Part shown: piece by piece, positions 31,676-46,600 of the stretch | Numbering within the stretch: the stretch's first letter is position 1 | Layout of the letters: each line of letters begins with the position of its first letter | NCBI GenBank assembly: GCA_040954595.2 | Contig: CM082587.2 | Coordinates: 11,599,403 to 11,663,402, forward strand | Direction of reading: 5' to 3' | DNA from: Balanoglossus misakiensis | Lineage: Eukaryota; Animalia; Hemichordata | Length of the DNA: 64,000 bases | Program-made: the position numbers and the translations under genes | Notes under the pieces: generated by a model | Seen by the model: only the letters and a program-made list of their open reading frames with translations | Databases searched by the model: none | What the model was told of the DNA's origin: nothing

Positions 31676-34600
31676 CAGACTGGCGTAAGTTATCAACAGT
31701 GATTACGTCGGATTTCCTACGGCCTGGTTTAGCTGAAGCCCCGGCACTTTAGAGCGGAAACACGCGTACATTGACCACGATGATCAAGTCAGATCTCCTA
31801 CGGCCTGGCTCGACTAAAACCCCGGCACACCATGACAGACACTAGCGTTCGTTAGCAACGGTGATCAAGTCGGATTTCCTTCGGCCTGGCTCTGCAAAAG
31901 ACCCGACACTCTAGTACAAAGACGTTGGCTAAGTCGGGCAAACCGAAGAGGGGAAGTCACAGCGGGTCAACACTCGACATTTGTTCGGGTAGGACTGCAT
32001 TATTGCCTGTCAATTTATAGAGAAAGCCCGAATTTAACCAGGGCGTTTCAAACACCGACGTTAGTTGGGGGGGGGGGGGCATGGCCTGCAGTACTGCCGG
32101 GTAAGCTGACATCGGCGTACCGCATATAATGTAGGGGGGGGGGAACAGAACGGTTCAATACTACATTTATTAGATATCAGCTAATTTTGGACAATCATCT
32201 AAAATCTAAATCATTTTTTCATATTTGGATATCTGATGATGTATGAAATTTCTATTATATGTAAAGATGGTGCTGATTATAAAAAATGCACTCTGAATGA
32301 GCTGATTTAGTACAAAATTGCGTTTTATTCGTTTTTGCACCAAAAAGGTCATTTTTAGGCAAAACATTCTTTATTTTTTTTAATTCGGTGACCTGATCAT
32401 ATACAAACAATTGCTTGTATGTTAAAAGTTTTTATGACTTTTAAAAGCAGTGACACTGGCGGCATTCAACACGAAAATAACAATTTTAACCACAATTTGG
32501 TCAAAATGGTAAATTTTTGAAAATTACAAAAAATACCTGTTTTCTACATTTTCGGAAATCTGATGGAGTATAGAATCCTCTTCGTATATATATATCGATA
32601 CAAATTCCACAAAAAACGGCCAATTTGGCTCACCGCAGACAATTTTTTTTTAATTCGGTGACCTGATCATATATAAACAATTGCTTGTATGTTAAAAGTT
32701 TTTATGACTTTTAAAAGCAGTGACACTGGCGGCATTCAACACGAAAATAACAATTTTAGCCACAATTTGGTCAAAATGGTAAATTTTTGAAAATTACAAA
32801 AAATACCTGTTTTCTACATTTTCGGAAATCTGATGGAGTATAGAATGCTCTTCGTATGTATATATCGATACAAATTCCACAAAATACAGTCTAATTTGGC
32901 TCACTGCAGACAAAATTGCGTTTTACCAAATTTTCCTTGAAAATGTCATTTTTAGAAAAAAATAAAAAACCTTTGTTCTTCGAATTTGGTGCCCTGATCA
33001 TATATGACATGTTGATTGTATGTTAAAACTTTCGACCTCTCCAAAAATGCAGAGATATTGACGGAATTCAAGAAAAAATAGCCATTTTGGCCATATTTTG
33101 ACAAAAATGGTAATTTTTTAAAAAATCATAAAAAATTAACTCTTTTCTTCATTTTCGGAAATATTATGGAGCATGAAGTGTCGTTCTCTTGTAAAAAGTG
33201 CTGCAAATTCCAGAAAAGGTGGTATAATTTGAATCACCCAAGACAAAATTACCATTTTCGACTTTTTTTCGAAAAATTGTCTTTTTTACAAAATAAATAA
33301 GAATAAATTCTTTTCTTAGTTTCAAACGGGTAGAGATACTTTCCACACGGGTTTTCTAACATTGAATTCCCGTTCATCAACTCAGATTTCCTACAGCATA
33401 AGTCGGCTAAAACCCAGACACTCTAGAGCAGAAACAGTTGCACACTGGTAACGTTGAACAAGTCGATTTTTCTACGGCCTGGCTCGGCTAAATCTCCGTC
33501 ACAATATGACAGACACTAGCGTACGTTAGCAACGGTGATCAAGTCAGATTTCCTACGGCCTGGTTTAGCTGAAGCCCGGCACTTTAGAGCGGTAACACGC
33601 GTACATTGACCACGATGATCAAGTCAGATCTCCTACGGCCTGGCTCGACTAAAACCCCGGCACACCATGACAGACACTAGCGTTCGTTAGCAACGTTGAT
33701 CAAGTCAGATTTCCTACGGCATGGCTTGGCTAAAGCCCTGGCACTCTAGAGCAGAAACACGCCTACAGAGACCACGTTGATCTACTCACATTTCCTTCGG
33801 CCTGGCACGGCTGATGCCCCGTTACTATATATAGGACACAGACTGGCGTAAGTTAACAACGGTAATCACGTTGGGTTTCCTACGGCCTGGCTCAGCTGAA
33901 GCCCCGGCACTCTAGAGCAGAAACAGGCGTACATTGACCACGTTGATCAAGTCAGATTTCCTACGGCGTGACTCGGCTGGTGCACCGGCTCTATATGAGA
34001 CAGACTGGCGTAAGTTATCTACGGTGATTACGTCGGATTTCCTACGGCCTGGTTTAGCTGAAGCCCCGGCACTTTAGAGCGGAAACACGCGTACATTGAC
34101 CACGATGATCAAGTCAGATCTCCTACGGCCTGGCTCGACTAAAACCCCGGCACACCATGACAGACACTAGCGTTCGTTAGCAACGGTGATCAAGTCGGAT
34201 TTCCTTCGGCCTGGCTCTGCAAAAGACCCGACACTCTAGTACAAAGACGTTGGCTAAGTCGGGCAAACCGAAGAGGGAAAGTCACAGCTGGTCAATACTC
34301 GACATTTGTTCGGGTAGGACTGCATTATTGCCTGTCAATTTATTGAGAAAGCCCGAATTAAACCCGGGCGTTTCAAACACCGACGTTAGTTGGGGGCACG
34401 GCCTGCAGTACTGCCGGGTAAGCTGACATCGGCGTACCGCATATAATGTAGGGGGGGGGGGAACAGAACGGTTCAATACTACATTTATTAGATATCAGCT
34501 AATTTTCGACAATCATCTAAAATCTAAATCATTTTTTCATATTTGGATATCTGATGATGTATGAAATTTCCATTATATGTAAAAATGGTGCTGATTATAA

Positions 34601-37600
34601 AAAATGCACTCTGAATGAGCTGATTTTTAGTCAAAACATTCTTTATTTTTTAATTCGGTGACCTGATCATATATAAACAATTGCTTGTATGTTAAAAGTT
34701 TTTATGACTTTTAAAAGCAGTGACACTGGCGGCATTCATCAAGAAAATAACAATTTTAGCCACAATTTGGTCAAAATCGTAATTTTTGGAAAGTTACAAA
34801 AAATACCTGTTTTCTACATTTTTTTGGAAATCTGATGGAGTATAGAATGCTCTTCGTATGTATATATCGATACAAATTCCACAAAAGACCGTCTAATTTG
34901 GCTCACTGCAGACAAAATTGCGTTTTACCAAATTTTCCTTGAAAATGTCATTTTTAGAAAAAAAAATAAAAAAACCTTTGTTCTTCGAATTTGGTGCCCT
35001 GATCATATATGACATGTTGATTGTATGTTAAAACTCTCGACCACTCCAAAAATGCAGAGATATTGACGGAATTCAAGAAAAATAGCCATTTTGGCCATAT
35101 TTTGACAAAAATGGTAAATTTTTGAAAAATCATAAAAAATTAACTCTTTTCTTCATTTTCGGAAATATTATGGAGCATGAAGTGTCGTTCTCTTGTTAAA
35201 AGTGCTGCAAATTCCAGAAAAGGCGGTATAATTTGAATCACCCAAGACAAAATTGCAATTTTTCGACTTTTTTCGAAAAATTGTCTTTTTTACAAAATAA
35301 ATAAGAATAAATTCTTTTCTTAGTTTCAAACGGGTAGAGATACTTTCCACACGGGTTTTCTAACATTGAATTCCCGTTCATCAACTCAGATTTCCTACAG
35401 CATAAGTCGGCTAAAACCCTGACACTCTAGAGCAGAAACAGTTGCACACTGGTAACGTTGAACAAGTCGATTTTTCTACGGCCTGGCTCGGCTAAATCTC
35501 CGTCACAATATGACAGACACTAGCGTACGTTAGCAACGGTGATCAAGTCAGATTTTCTACGGCATGGCTTGGATAAAGCCCCGGCACTCTAGAGCAGAAA
35601 CACGCGTACAGAGTCCACGTTGATCAAGTCTGATCTCCTACGGCTTGGCTCGACTAAAACCCCGGCACACTATGACAGACACTAGCGTTCGTTAGCAACG
35701 TTGATCAAGTCAGATTTCCTACGGCATGGCTTGGCTAAAGCCCTGGCACTCTAGAGCAGAAACAGTTGCACACTGATAACGTTGAACAAGTCGATTTTTC
35801 TACGGCCTGGCTCGGCTAAATCTCGTCACAATATGACAGACACTAGCGTACGTTAGCAACGGTGATCAAGTCAGATTTTCAACGGCATGGGTTGGATAAA
35901 GCCCCGGCACTCTAGAGCAGAAACACGCGTACAGAGACCACGTTGATCAAGTCTGATCTCCTACGGCTTGGCTCGACTAAAACCCCGGCACACTATGACA
36001 GACACTAGCGTTCGTTAGCAACGTTGATCAAGTCAGATTTCCTACGGCATGGCTTGGCTAAAGCCCTGGCACTCTAGAGCAGAAACACGCCTACAGAGAC
36101 CACGTTGATCTACTCACATTTCCTTCGGCCTGGCACGGCTGATGCCCCGTTACTATATATAGGACACAGAATGGCGTAAGTTAACAACGGTAATCACGTT
36201 GGGTTTCCTACGGCCTGGCTCAGCTGAAGCCCCGGCACTCTAGAGCAGAAACAGGCGTACATTGACCACGTTGATCAAGTCAGATTTCCTACGGCGTGAC
36301 TCGGCTGGTGCACCGGCTCTATATGAGACAGACTGGCGTAAGTTATCAACGGTGATTACGTCGGATTTCCTACGGCCTGGTTTAGCTGAAGCCCCGGCAC
36401 TTTAGAGCGGAAACACGCGTACATTGACCACGATGATCAAGTCAGATCTCCTACGGCCTGGCTCGACTAAAACCCCGGCACACCATGACAGACACTAGCG
36501 TTCGTTAGCAACGGTGATCAAGTCGGATTTCCTTCGGCCTGGCTCTGCAAAAGACCCGACACTCTAGTACAAAGACGTTGGCTAAGTCGGGCAAACCGAA
36601 GAGGGAAAGTCACAGCTGGTCAATACTCGACATTTGTTCGGGTAGGACTGCATTATTGCCTGTCAATTTATTGAGAAAGCCCGAATTAAACCCGGGCGTT
36701 TCAAACACCGACGTTAGTTGGGGGCACGGCCTGCAGTACTGCCGGGTAAGCTGACATCGGCGTACCGCATATAATGTAGGGGGGGGGGGGGGGAACAGAA
36801 CGGTTCAATACTACATTTATTAGATATCAGCTAATTTTCGACAATCATCTAAAATCTAAATCATTTTTTCATATTTGGATATCTGATGATGTATGAAATT
36901 TCCATTATATGTAAAAATGGTGCTGATTATAAAAAATGCACTCTGAATGAGCTGATTTTTAGTCAAAACATTCTTTATTTTTTAATTCGGTGACCTGATC
37001 ATATATAAACAATTGCTTGTATGTTAAAAGTTTTTATGACTTTTAAAAGCAGTGACACTGGCGGCATTCATCAAGAAAATAACAATTTTAGCCACAATTT
37101 GGTCAAAATCGTAATTTTTGGAAAGTTACAAAAAATACCTGTTTTCTACATTTTCGGAAATCTGATGGAGTATAGAATGCTCTTCGTATGTATATATCGA
37201 TACAAATTCCACAAAAGACCGTCTAATTTGGCTCACTGCAGACAAAATTGCGTTTTTCCAAATTTTCCTTGAAAATGTCATTTTTAGAAAAAAAAAATAA
37301 AAAAACCTTTGTTCTTCGAATTTGGTGCCCTGATCATATATGACATGTTGATTGTATGTTAAAACTCTCGACCACTCCAAAAATGCAGAGATATTGACGG
37401 AATTCAAGAAAAATAGCCATTTTGGCCATATTTTGACAAAAATGGTAAATTTTTGAAAAATCATAAAAAATTAACTCTTTTCTTCATTTTCGGAAATATT
37501 ATGGAGCATGAAGTGTCGTTCTCTTGTAACAAGTGCTGCAAATTCCAGAAAAGGCGGTATAATTTGAATCACCCAAGACAAAATTGCAATTTTTCGACTT

Positions 37601-40600
37601 TTTTTCGAAAAATTGTCTTTTTTACAAAATAAATAAGAATAAATTCTTTTCTTAGTTTCAGACGGGTAGAGATACTTTCCACACGGGTTTTCTAACATTG
37701 AATTCGCGTTCATCAACTCAGATTTCCTACAGCATAAGTCGGCTAAAACCCTGACACTCTAGAGCAGAAACAGTTGCACACTGGTAACGTTGAACAAGTC
37801 GATTTTTCTACGGCCTGGCTCGGCTAAATCTCCGTCACAATATGACAGACACTAGCGTACGTTAGCAACGGTGATCAAGTCAGATTTTCTACGGCATGGC
37901 TTGGATAAAGCCCCGGCACTCTAGAGCAGAAACACGCGTACAGAGTCCACGTTGATCAAGTCTGATCTCCTACGGCTTGGCTCGACTAAAACCCCGGCAC
38001 ACTATGACAGACACTAGCGTTCGTTAGCAACGTTGATCAAGTCAGATTTCCTACGGCATGGCTTGGCTAAAGCCCTGGCACTCTAGAGCAGAAACAGTTG
38101 CACACTGATAACGTTGAACAAGTCGATTTTTCTACGGCATGGCTCGGCTAAATCTCGTCACAATATGACAGACACTAGCGTACGTTAGCAACGGTGATCA
38201 AGTCAGATTTTCAACGGCATGGGTTGGATAAAGCCCCGGCACTCTAGAGCAGAAACACGCGTACAGAGTCCACGTTGATCAAGTCTGATCTCCTACGGCT
38301 TGGCTCGACTAAAACCCCGGCACACTATGACAGACACTAGCGTTCGTTAGCAACGTTGATCAAGTCAGATTTCCTACGGCATGGCTTTGCTAAAGCCCTG
38401 ACACTCTAGAGCAGAAACACGCGTACAGAGACCACGTTGATCTACTCACATTTCCTTCGGCCTGGCACGGCTGATGCCCCGGCACTATATATAGGACACA
38501 GACTGGCGTAAGTTAACAACGGTAATCACGTCGGGTTTCCTACGGCCTGGCTCAGCTGAAGCCCCGGCACTCTAGAGCAGAAACGGGCGTACATTGACCA
38601 CGTTGATCAAGTCAGATTTCCTTCGGCGTGACTCGGCTGGTGCACCGGCTCTATATGACACAGACTGGCGTAAGTTATCAACGGTGATTACGTCGGATTT
38701 CCTACGGCCTGGTTTAGCTGAAGCCCCGGCACTTTAGAGCGGAAACACGCGTACATTGACCACGATGATCAAGTCAGATCTCCTACGGCCTGGCTCGACT
38801 AAAACCCCGGCACACCATGACAGACACTAGCGTTCGTTAGCAACGGTGATCAAGTCGGATTTCCTTCGGCCTGGCTCTGCAAAAGACCCGACACTCTAGT
38901 ACAAAGACGTTGGCTAAGTCGGGCAAACCGAACAGGGAAAGTCACAGCGGTTCAACACTTGACATTTGTTCCGGTAGGACTGCATTATTGCCTGTCGATT
39001 TATAGAGAGAGCCCGAATTTAACCAGGGCGTTTCAAACACCGACGTTTGTTGGGGGCACGGCCTACAGTACTGCCGGGTAAGCTGACATCGGCGTACCGC
39101 ATATAATGTAAGGGGGGGGGGACAGAACGGTTCAATACTACATTTATTAGATATCAGCTAATTTTGGACAATCATCTAAAATCTAAATCATTTTTTCATA
39201 TTTGGATATCTGATGATGTATGAAATTTCCATTATATGTAAAAATGGTGCTTATTATAAAACATGCACTCTGAATGAACTGATTTAATACAAGATTGCGT
39301 TTTATTCGTTTTTGCACCAAAAAGGTCATTTTTAGGCAAAACATTCTTTATTTTTTTAATTCGGTGACCTGATCATATATAAACAATTGCTTGTATGTTA
39401 AAAGTTATTATGACTTTTAAAAGCAGTGACACTGGCGGCATTCAACACGAAAATAACAATTTTAGCCACAATTTAGTCAAAATGGTAAATTTTTGAAATT
39501 TACAAAAAATACCTGTTTTCTACATTTTCGGAAATCTGATGGAGTGTAGAATGCTCTTCGTATGTATATATCGTTAAATTCCACAAAAGACCGTCTAATT
39601 TGGCTCACTGCAGACAAAATTGCGTTTTACCAAATTTTCCTTGAAAATGTCATTTTTAGAAAAAAAAAAAAAAAACCTTTGTTCTTCGAATTTGGTGCCC
39701 TGCTCATATATGACATGTTGATTGTATGTTAAAACTCTCGACCACTCCAAAAATGCTGAGATATTGACGGAATTCAAGAAAAATAGCCATTTTGGCCATA
39801 TTTTGACAAAAATGGTAAATTTTTGAAAAATCATAAAAAATTAACTCTTTTCTTCATTTTCGGAAATATTATGGAGCATGAAGTGTCGTTCTCTTGTAAA
39901 AAGTGCTGCAAATTCCAGAAAAGGCGGTATAATTTGAATCACCCAAGACAAAATTGCAATTTTTCGACTTTTTTTCGAAAAATTGTCTTTTTTACAAAAT
40001 AAATAAGAATAAATTCTTTTCTTAGTTTCAAACGGGTAGAGATACTTTCCACACGGGTTTTCTAACATTGAATTCCCGTTCATCAACTCAGATTTCCTAC
40101 AGCATAAGTCGGCTAAAACCCTGAGACTTTAGAGCAGAAACAGTTGCACACTGGTAACGTTGAACAAGTCGATTTTTCTACGGCCTGGCTCGGCTAAATC
40201 TCCGTCACAATATGACAGACACTAGGGTACGTTAGCAACGGTGATCAAGTCAGATTTTCTACGGCATGGCTTGGATAAAGCCCCGGCACTCTAGAGCAGA
40301 AACACGCGTACAGAGACCACGTTGATCAAGTCTGATCTCCTACGGCTTTGCTCGACTAAAACCCCGGCACACTATGACAGACATTAGCGTTCGTTAGCAA
40401 CGTTGATCAAGTCAGATTTCCTACGGCATGGCTTGGCTAAAGCCCTGGCACTCTAGAGCAGAAACACGCGTACAGAGACCACGTTGATCTACTCACATTT
40501 CCCACGGCCTGGCTCAGCTGAAGCCCCGGCACTCTAGAGCAGAAACAGGCGTACATTGACCACGTTGATCAAGTAAGATTTCCTACGGCGTGACTCGGCT

Positions 40601-43600
40601 GGTGCATCGGCTCTATATGACACAGACTGGCGTAAGTTATCAACGGTGATTACGTCGGATTTCCTACGGCCTGGTTTAGCTGAAGCCCCGGCCCTTTAGA
40701 GCGGAAACACGCGTACATTGACCACGATGATCAAGTCAGATCTCCTACGGCCTGGCTCGACTAAAACCCCGGCACACCATGACAGACACTAGCGTTCGTT
40801 AGCAACGGTGATCAAGTCGGATTTCCTTCGGCCTGGCTCTGCAAAAGACCCGACACTCTAGTACAAAGACGTTGGCTAAGTCGGGCAAACCGAACAGGGA
40901 AAGTCACAGCGGGTCAACACTCGACATTTGTTCCGGTAGGACTGCATTATTGCCTGTCAATTTATAGAGAAAGCCCGAATTTAACCAGGGCGTTTCAAAC
41001 ACCGACGTTAGTTGGGGGCACGGCCTGCAGTACTGCCGGGTAAGCTGACATCAGCGTACCGCATATAATGTAGGGGGGGAACAGAACGGTTCAATACTAC
41101 ATTTATCAGATATCAGCTAATTTTTGACAATCATCTAAAATGTAAATCATCTTTTCATATTTGGATATCTGATGATGTATGAAATTTCCATTATATGTAA
41201 AAATGGTGCTGATTATAAAAATGCACTCTGAATGAGCTGATTTAATACAAAATTGCGTTTTATTCGTTTTTGCACCAAAAAGGTCATTTTTAGTCAAAAC
41301 ATTCTTTATTTTTTTAATTCGGTGACCTTATCATATATAAACAATTGCTTGTATGTTAAAAGTTTTTATGACTTTTAAAAGCAGTGACACTGGCGGCATT
41401 CAACACTTTAATAACAATTTTAGCCACAATTCGGTCAAAATGGTAAATTTTTGAAAATTACAAAAAATACCTGTTTTCTACATTTTCGGAAATCTGATGG
41501 AGTATAGAATGCTCTTCGTATGTATATATCGATACAAATTCCACAAAAGACCGTCTAATTTGGCTCACTGCAGACAAAATTGCGTTTTACCAAATTTTCC
41601 TTGAAAATGTCATTTTTAGAAAAAAAAATAAAAAACCTTTGTTCTTCGAATTTAGTGCCTGATCATATATGACATGTTGATTGTATGTTAAAACTTTCGA
41701 CCACTCCAAAAATGCTGAGATATTGACGGAATTCAAGAAAAAATAGCCATTTTGGCCATATTTTGACAAAAATGGTAAATTTTTAAAAAATCATAAAAAA
41801 TTAACTCTTTTCTTCATTTTCGGAAATATTATAGAGCATGAAGTGTCGTTCTCTTGTAAAAAGTGCTGCAAATTCCAGAAAAGGCGGTATAATTTGAATC
41901 ACCCAAGACAAAATTACCATTTTCGACTTTTTTTCGAAATATTGTTTTTTTACAAAATAAATAAGAATAAATTCTTTTCTTAGTTCCAAACGGGTAGAGA
42001 TACTTTCCACACGGATTTCTAACATTGAATTCCAGTTCATCAACTCAGATTTCCTACAAGTCGGCTAAAACCCTGACTCTCTAGAACAGAAACAGTTGCA
42101 CACTGGTAACGTTGAACAAGTCGATTTTTCTACGGCCTGGCTCGGCTAAATCTCCGTCACAATATGACAGACACTAGCGTAGGTTAGCAACGGTGATCAA
42201 GTCAGATTTTCTACGGCATGGCTTGGATAAAGCCCCGGCACTCCAGAGCAGAAACATGCGTACAGAGACCACGTTGATCAAGTCTGATCTCCTACGGCTT
42301 GGTTCGACTAAAACCCCGGCACACTATGACAGACACTAGCGTTCGTTAGCAACGGTGATCAAGTCAGATTTCCTACGGCATAGCTTGGCTAAAGCCCTGG
42401 CACTCTAGAGCAGAAACACGCGTACAGAAACCACGTTGATCTACTCACATTTCCTTCGGCCTGGCACGGCTGATGCCCCGGCAGTATATATAGGACACAG
42501 ACTTGCGTAAGTTAACAACGGTAATCACGTCGGGTTTCCTACGGCCTGGCTCAGCTGAAGCCCCGGCACTCTAGAGCAGAAACAGGCGTACATTGACCAC
42601 GTTGATCAAATCAGATTCCTACGGTGTGACTCCGCTGGTGCACCGGCTCTATATGACACAGACTGGCGTAAGTTATCAACGGTGATTACGTCGGATTTCC
42701 TACGGCCTGGTTTAGCTCAAGCCCCGGCACTTTAGAGCGGAAACACGCGTACATTGACCACGATGATCAAGTCAGATCTCCTACGGCTTGGCTCGACTAA
42801 AACCCCGGCACACTATGACAGACACTAGCGTTCGTTAGCAACGTTGATCAATTCAGATTTCCTACGGCATGGCTTGGCTAAAGCCCTGGCATTCTAGAGC
42901 AGAAACACGCGTACAGAGACCACATTGATCTACTCACATTTCCTTAGGCCTGGCACGGCTGATGTCCCGCACTATATATAGGACACAGACTGGCGTAAGT
43001 TAACAACGGTAATCACGTCGGGTTTCCTACGGCCTGGCTCAGCTGAAGCCCCGGCACTCTAGAGCAGAAACAGGCGTACATTGACCACGTTGATCAAATC
43101 AGATTCCTACGGCGTGACTCGGCTGGTGCACCGGCTCTATATGACACAGACTGGCGTAAGTTATCAACGGTGATTACGTCGGATTTCCTACGGCCTGGTT
43201 TAGCTGAAGCCCCGGCACTTTAGAGCGGAAACACGCGTACATTGACCACGATGATCCAATCAGATCTCCTACGGCCTGGCTCGACTAAAACCCCGGCACA
43301 CCATGACAGACGCTAGCGTTCGTTAGCATCGGTGATCAAGTCGGATTTCCTTCGGCCTGGCTCTGCAAAACACCCGACACTCTAGTACAAAGACGTTGGC
43401 TAAGTCGGGCAAACCGAAGAGGGAAAGTCACAGCGGGTCAACACTCGACATTTGTTCCGGTAGGACTACATTATTGCCTGTCAATTTATAGAGAAAGCCC
43501 GAATTTAACCAGGGCGTTTCAAACACCGACGTTAGTTGTGGGCACGGCCTGCAGTACTGACGGGTAAGCTGACATCGGCGTACCGCATGTAATGTAGGGG

Positions 43601-46600
43601 GGGGGGGGGAACAGAACGGTTCAATACTATATTTATTAGATATCAGCTACTTTTGGACAATCATCTAAAATCTAAATCATTTTTTCATATTTGGATATCT
43701 GATGATGTATGAAATTTCCATTATATGTAAAAATGGTGCTGATTATAAAAAATGCACTCTGAATGAGCTGATTTAATACAAAATTGCGTTTTATTCGTTT
43801 TTGCACCAAAAAGGTCATTTTTAGGGAAAACATTCTTTATTCTTTAAATTCGGTGACCTGATCATATATAAACAATTGCTTGTATGTTAAAAGTTTTAAT
43901 GACTTTTAAAAGCAGTGACACTGGCGGCATTCAACACGAAAATAACAATTTTAGCCACAATTCGGTCAAAATGGTAAATTTTTGAAAATTACAAAAAATA
44001 CCTGTTTTCTACATTTTCGGAAATCTGATGGAGTATAGAATGCTCTTCGTATACATATATCGATACAAATTCCACAAAAAAACGGCCAATTTGGCTCACT
44101 GCAGACAAAATTGCGTTTTACCAAATTTTCCTTGAAAATGTCATTTTTAGAAAAAAAAATAAAAAAAACCTTTGTTCTTCGAATTTGGTGCCCTGATCAT
44201 ATATGACATGTTGATTGTATGTTAAAACTTTCGACCACTCCAAAAATGCAGAGATATTGACGGAATTCAAGAAAAAATAGCCATTTTGGCCATATTTTGA
44301 CAAAAATGGTAAATTTTTAAAAAATCGTAAAAAATTAACTCTTTTCTTCATTTTCGGAAATATTATGGAGCATGAAGTGTCGTTCTCTTGTAAAAAGTGC
44401 TGCAAATTCCAGAAAAGGCGGTATAATTTGAATCACCCATGACAAAATTACCATTTTCGACTTTTTTTCGAAAAATTGTGATTTTTACAAAATAAATAAG
44501 AATAAATTATTTTCTCAGTTTCAAAAGGGTAGAGACACTTTCCACACAGGTTTTTTAACATTGAATTCCCATTCATCAACTCAGATTTCCTACAGCATAA
44601 GTCGGCTAAAACCCTGACACTCTAGAGCAGAAACAGTTGCACACTGGTAACGTTGAACAAGTCGATTTTTCTACGGCCTGGCTCGGCTAAATCTCCGTCA
44701 CAATATGACAGACACTATCGTACGTTAGCAACGGTGATCAAGTCAGATTTTCTACGGCATGGCTTGGATAAAGCCCCGGCACTCTAGATCAGAAACACGC
44801 GTACAGAGACCACGTTGATCTACTCACATTTCCTTCGGCCTGGCACGGCTGATGCCCCGGCACTATATATAGGACACAGACTGGCGTAAGTTAACAACGG
44901 TAATCACGTCGGGTTTCCTACGGCCTGGCTCAGCTGAAGCCCCGGCACTCTAGAGCAGAAACAGGCGTACATTGACCACGTTGATCAAGTCAGATTTCCT
45001 ACGGCGTGACTCGGCTGGTGCACCGGCTCTATATGACACAGACTGGCGTAAGTTATCAACGGTGATTACGTCGGATTTCCTACGGCATGGTTTAGCTGAA
45101 GCCCCGGCACTTCAGAGCGGAAACACGCGTACATTGACCACGATGATCAAGTCAGATCTCCTACGGCCTGGCTCGACTAAAACCCCGGCACACCATGACA
45201 GACACTAGCGTTCGTTAGCAACGGTGATCAAGTCGGATTTCCTTCGGCCTGGCTCTGCAAAAGACCCGACACATTAGTACAGAGACGTTGGCTAAGTCGG
45301 GCAAACCGAAGAGGGAAAGTCACAGCGGGTCAACACTCGACATTTGTTCGGGTAGGACTGCATTATTGCCTGTCAATTTATAGAGAAAGCCCGAATTTAA
45401 CCAGGGCGTTTCAAACACCGACGTTATTTGGGGGCACGGCCTGCAGTACTGCCGGGTAAGCTGACATCGGCGTACCGCATATAATGTAGGGGGGGGGGGG
45501 GGACAGAACGGTTCAATACTACATTTATTAGATATCAGCTAATTTTGGACAATCATCTAAAATCTAAATCATTTTTTCATATTTGGATATCTGATGATGT
45601 ATGAAATTTCCAATATATGTAAAAATGGTGCTGATTATAAAAAATGCACTCTGAATGAGCTGATTTAATACAAAAATTGCGTTTTATTCGTTTTTGCACC
45701 AAAAAGGTCATTTTTAGGCAAAACATTCTTTATTTTTTTAATTCGGTGGCCTGATCATATATAAGCAATTGCTTGCATGTTAAAAGTTTTTATGACTTTT
45801 AAAAGCAGTGACACTGGCGGCATTCAACACGAAAATAACAATTTTAACCACAATTTGGTCAAAATGGTAAATTTTTGAAAATTACAAAAAATACCTGTTT
45901 TCTACATTTTCGGAAATCTGATGGAGTATAGAATGCTCTTCGTATATATATATCGATACAAATTCCACAAAAGACCGTCTAATTTGGCTTACTGCAGACA
46001 AAATTGCGTTTTACCAAATTTTCCTTGAAAATGTCATTTTTACAAAAATAAAATAAAAAAACCTTCGTTCTTCGAATTTGGTGCCCTGATCATATATGAC
46101 ATGTTGATTGTATGTTAAAACTTTCCACCACTCCAAAAATGCAGAGATATTGACGGAATTCAAGAAAAAATAGCCATTTTGGTCATATTTTGACAAAATG
46201 GTACATTTTTAAAAAATCATAAAAAATAAACTCTTTTCTTCATTTTCGGAAATATTATGGAGCATGAAGTGTCGTTCTCTTGTAAAAAGTGCTGCAAATT
46301 CCAGAAAATGTGGTATAATTTGAATCACCCAAGACAAAATTACCATTTTCGACTTTTTTTCGAAAAATTGTCTTTTTTACAAAATAAATAAGAATAAATT
46401 CTTTTCTTAGTTTCAAACGGGTAGAGATACTTTCCACACGGGTTTTCTAACATTGAATTCCCGTTCATCAACTCAGATTTCCTACAGCATAAGTCGGCTA
46501 AAACCCTGACACTCTAGAGCAGAAACAGTTGCACACTGATAACGTTGAACAAGTCGATTTTTCTACGGCCTGGCTCGGCTAAATCTCGTCACAATATGAC

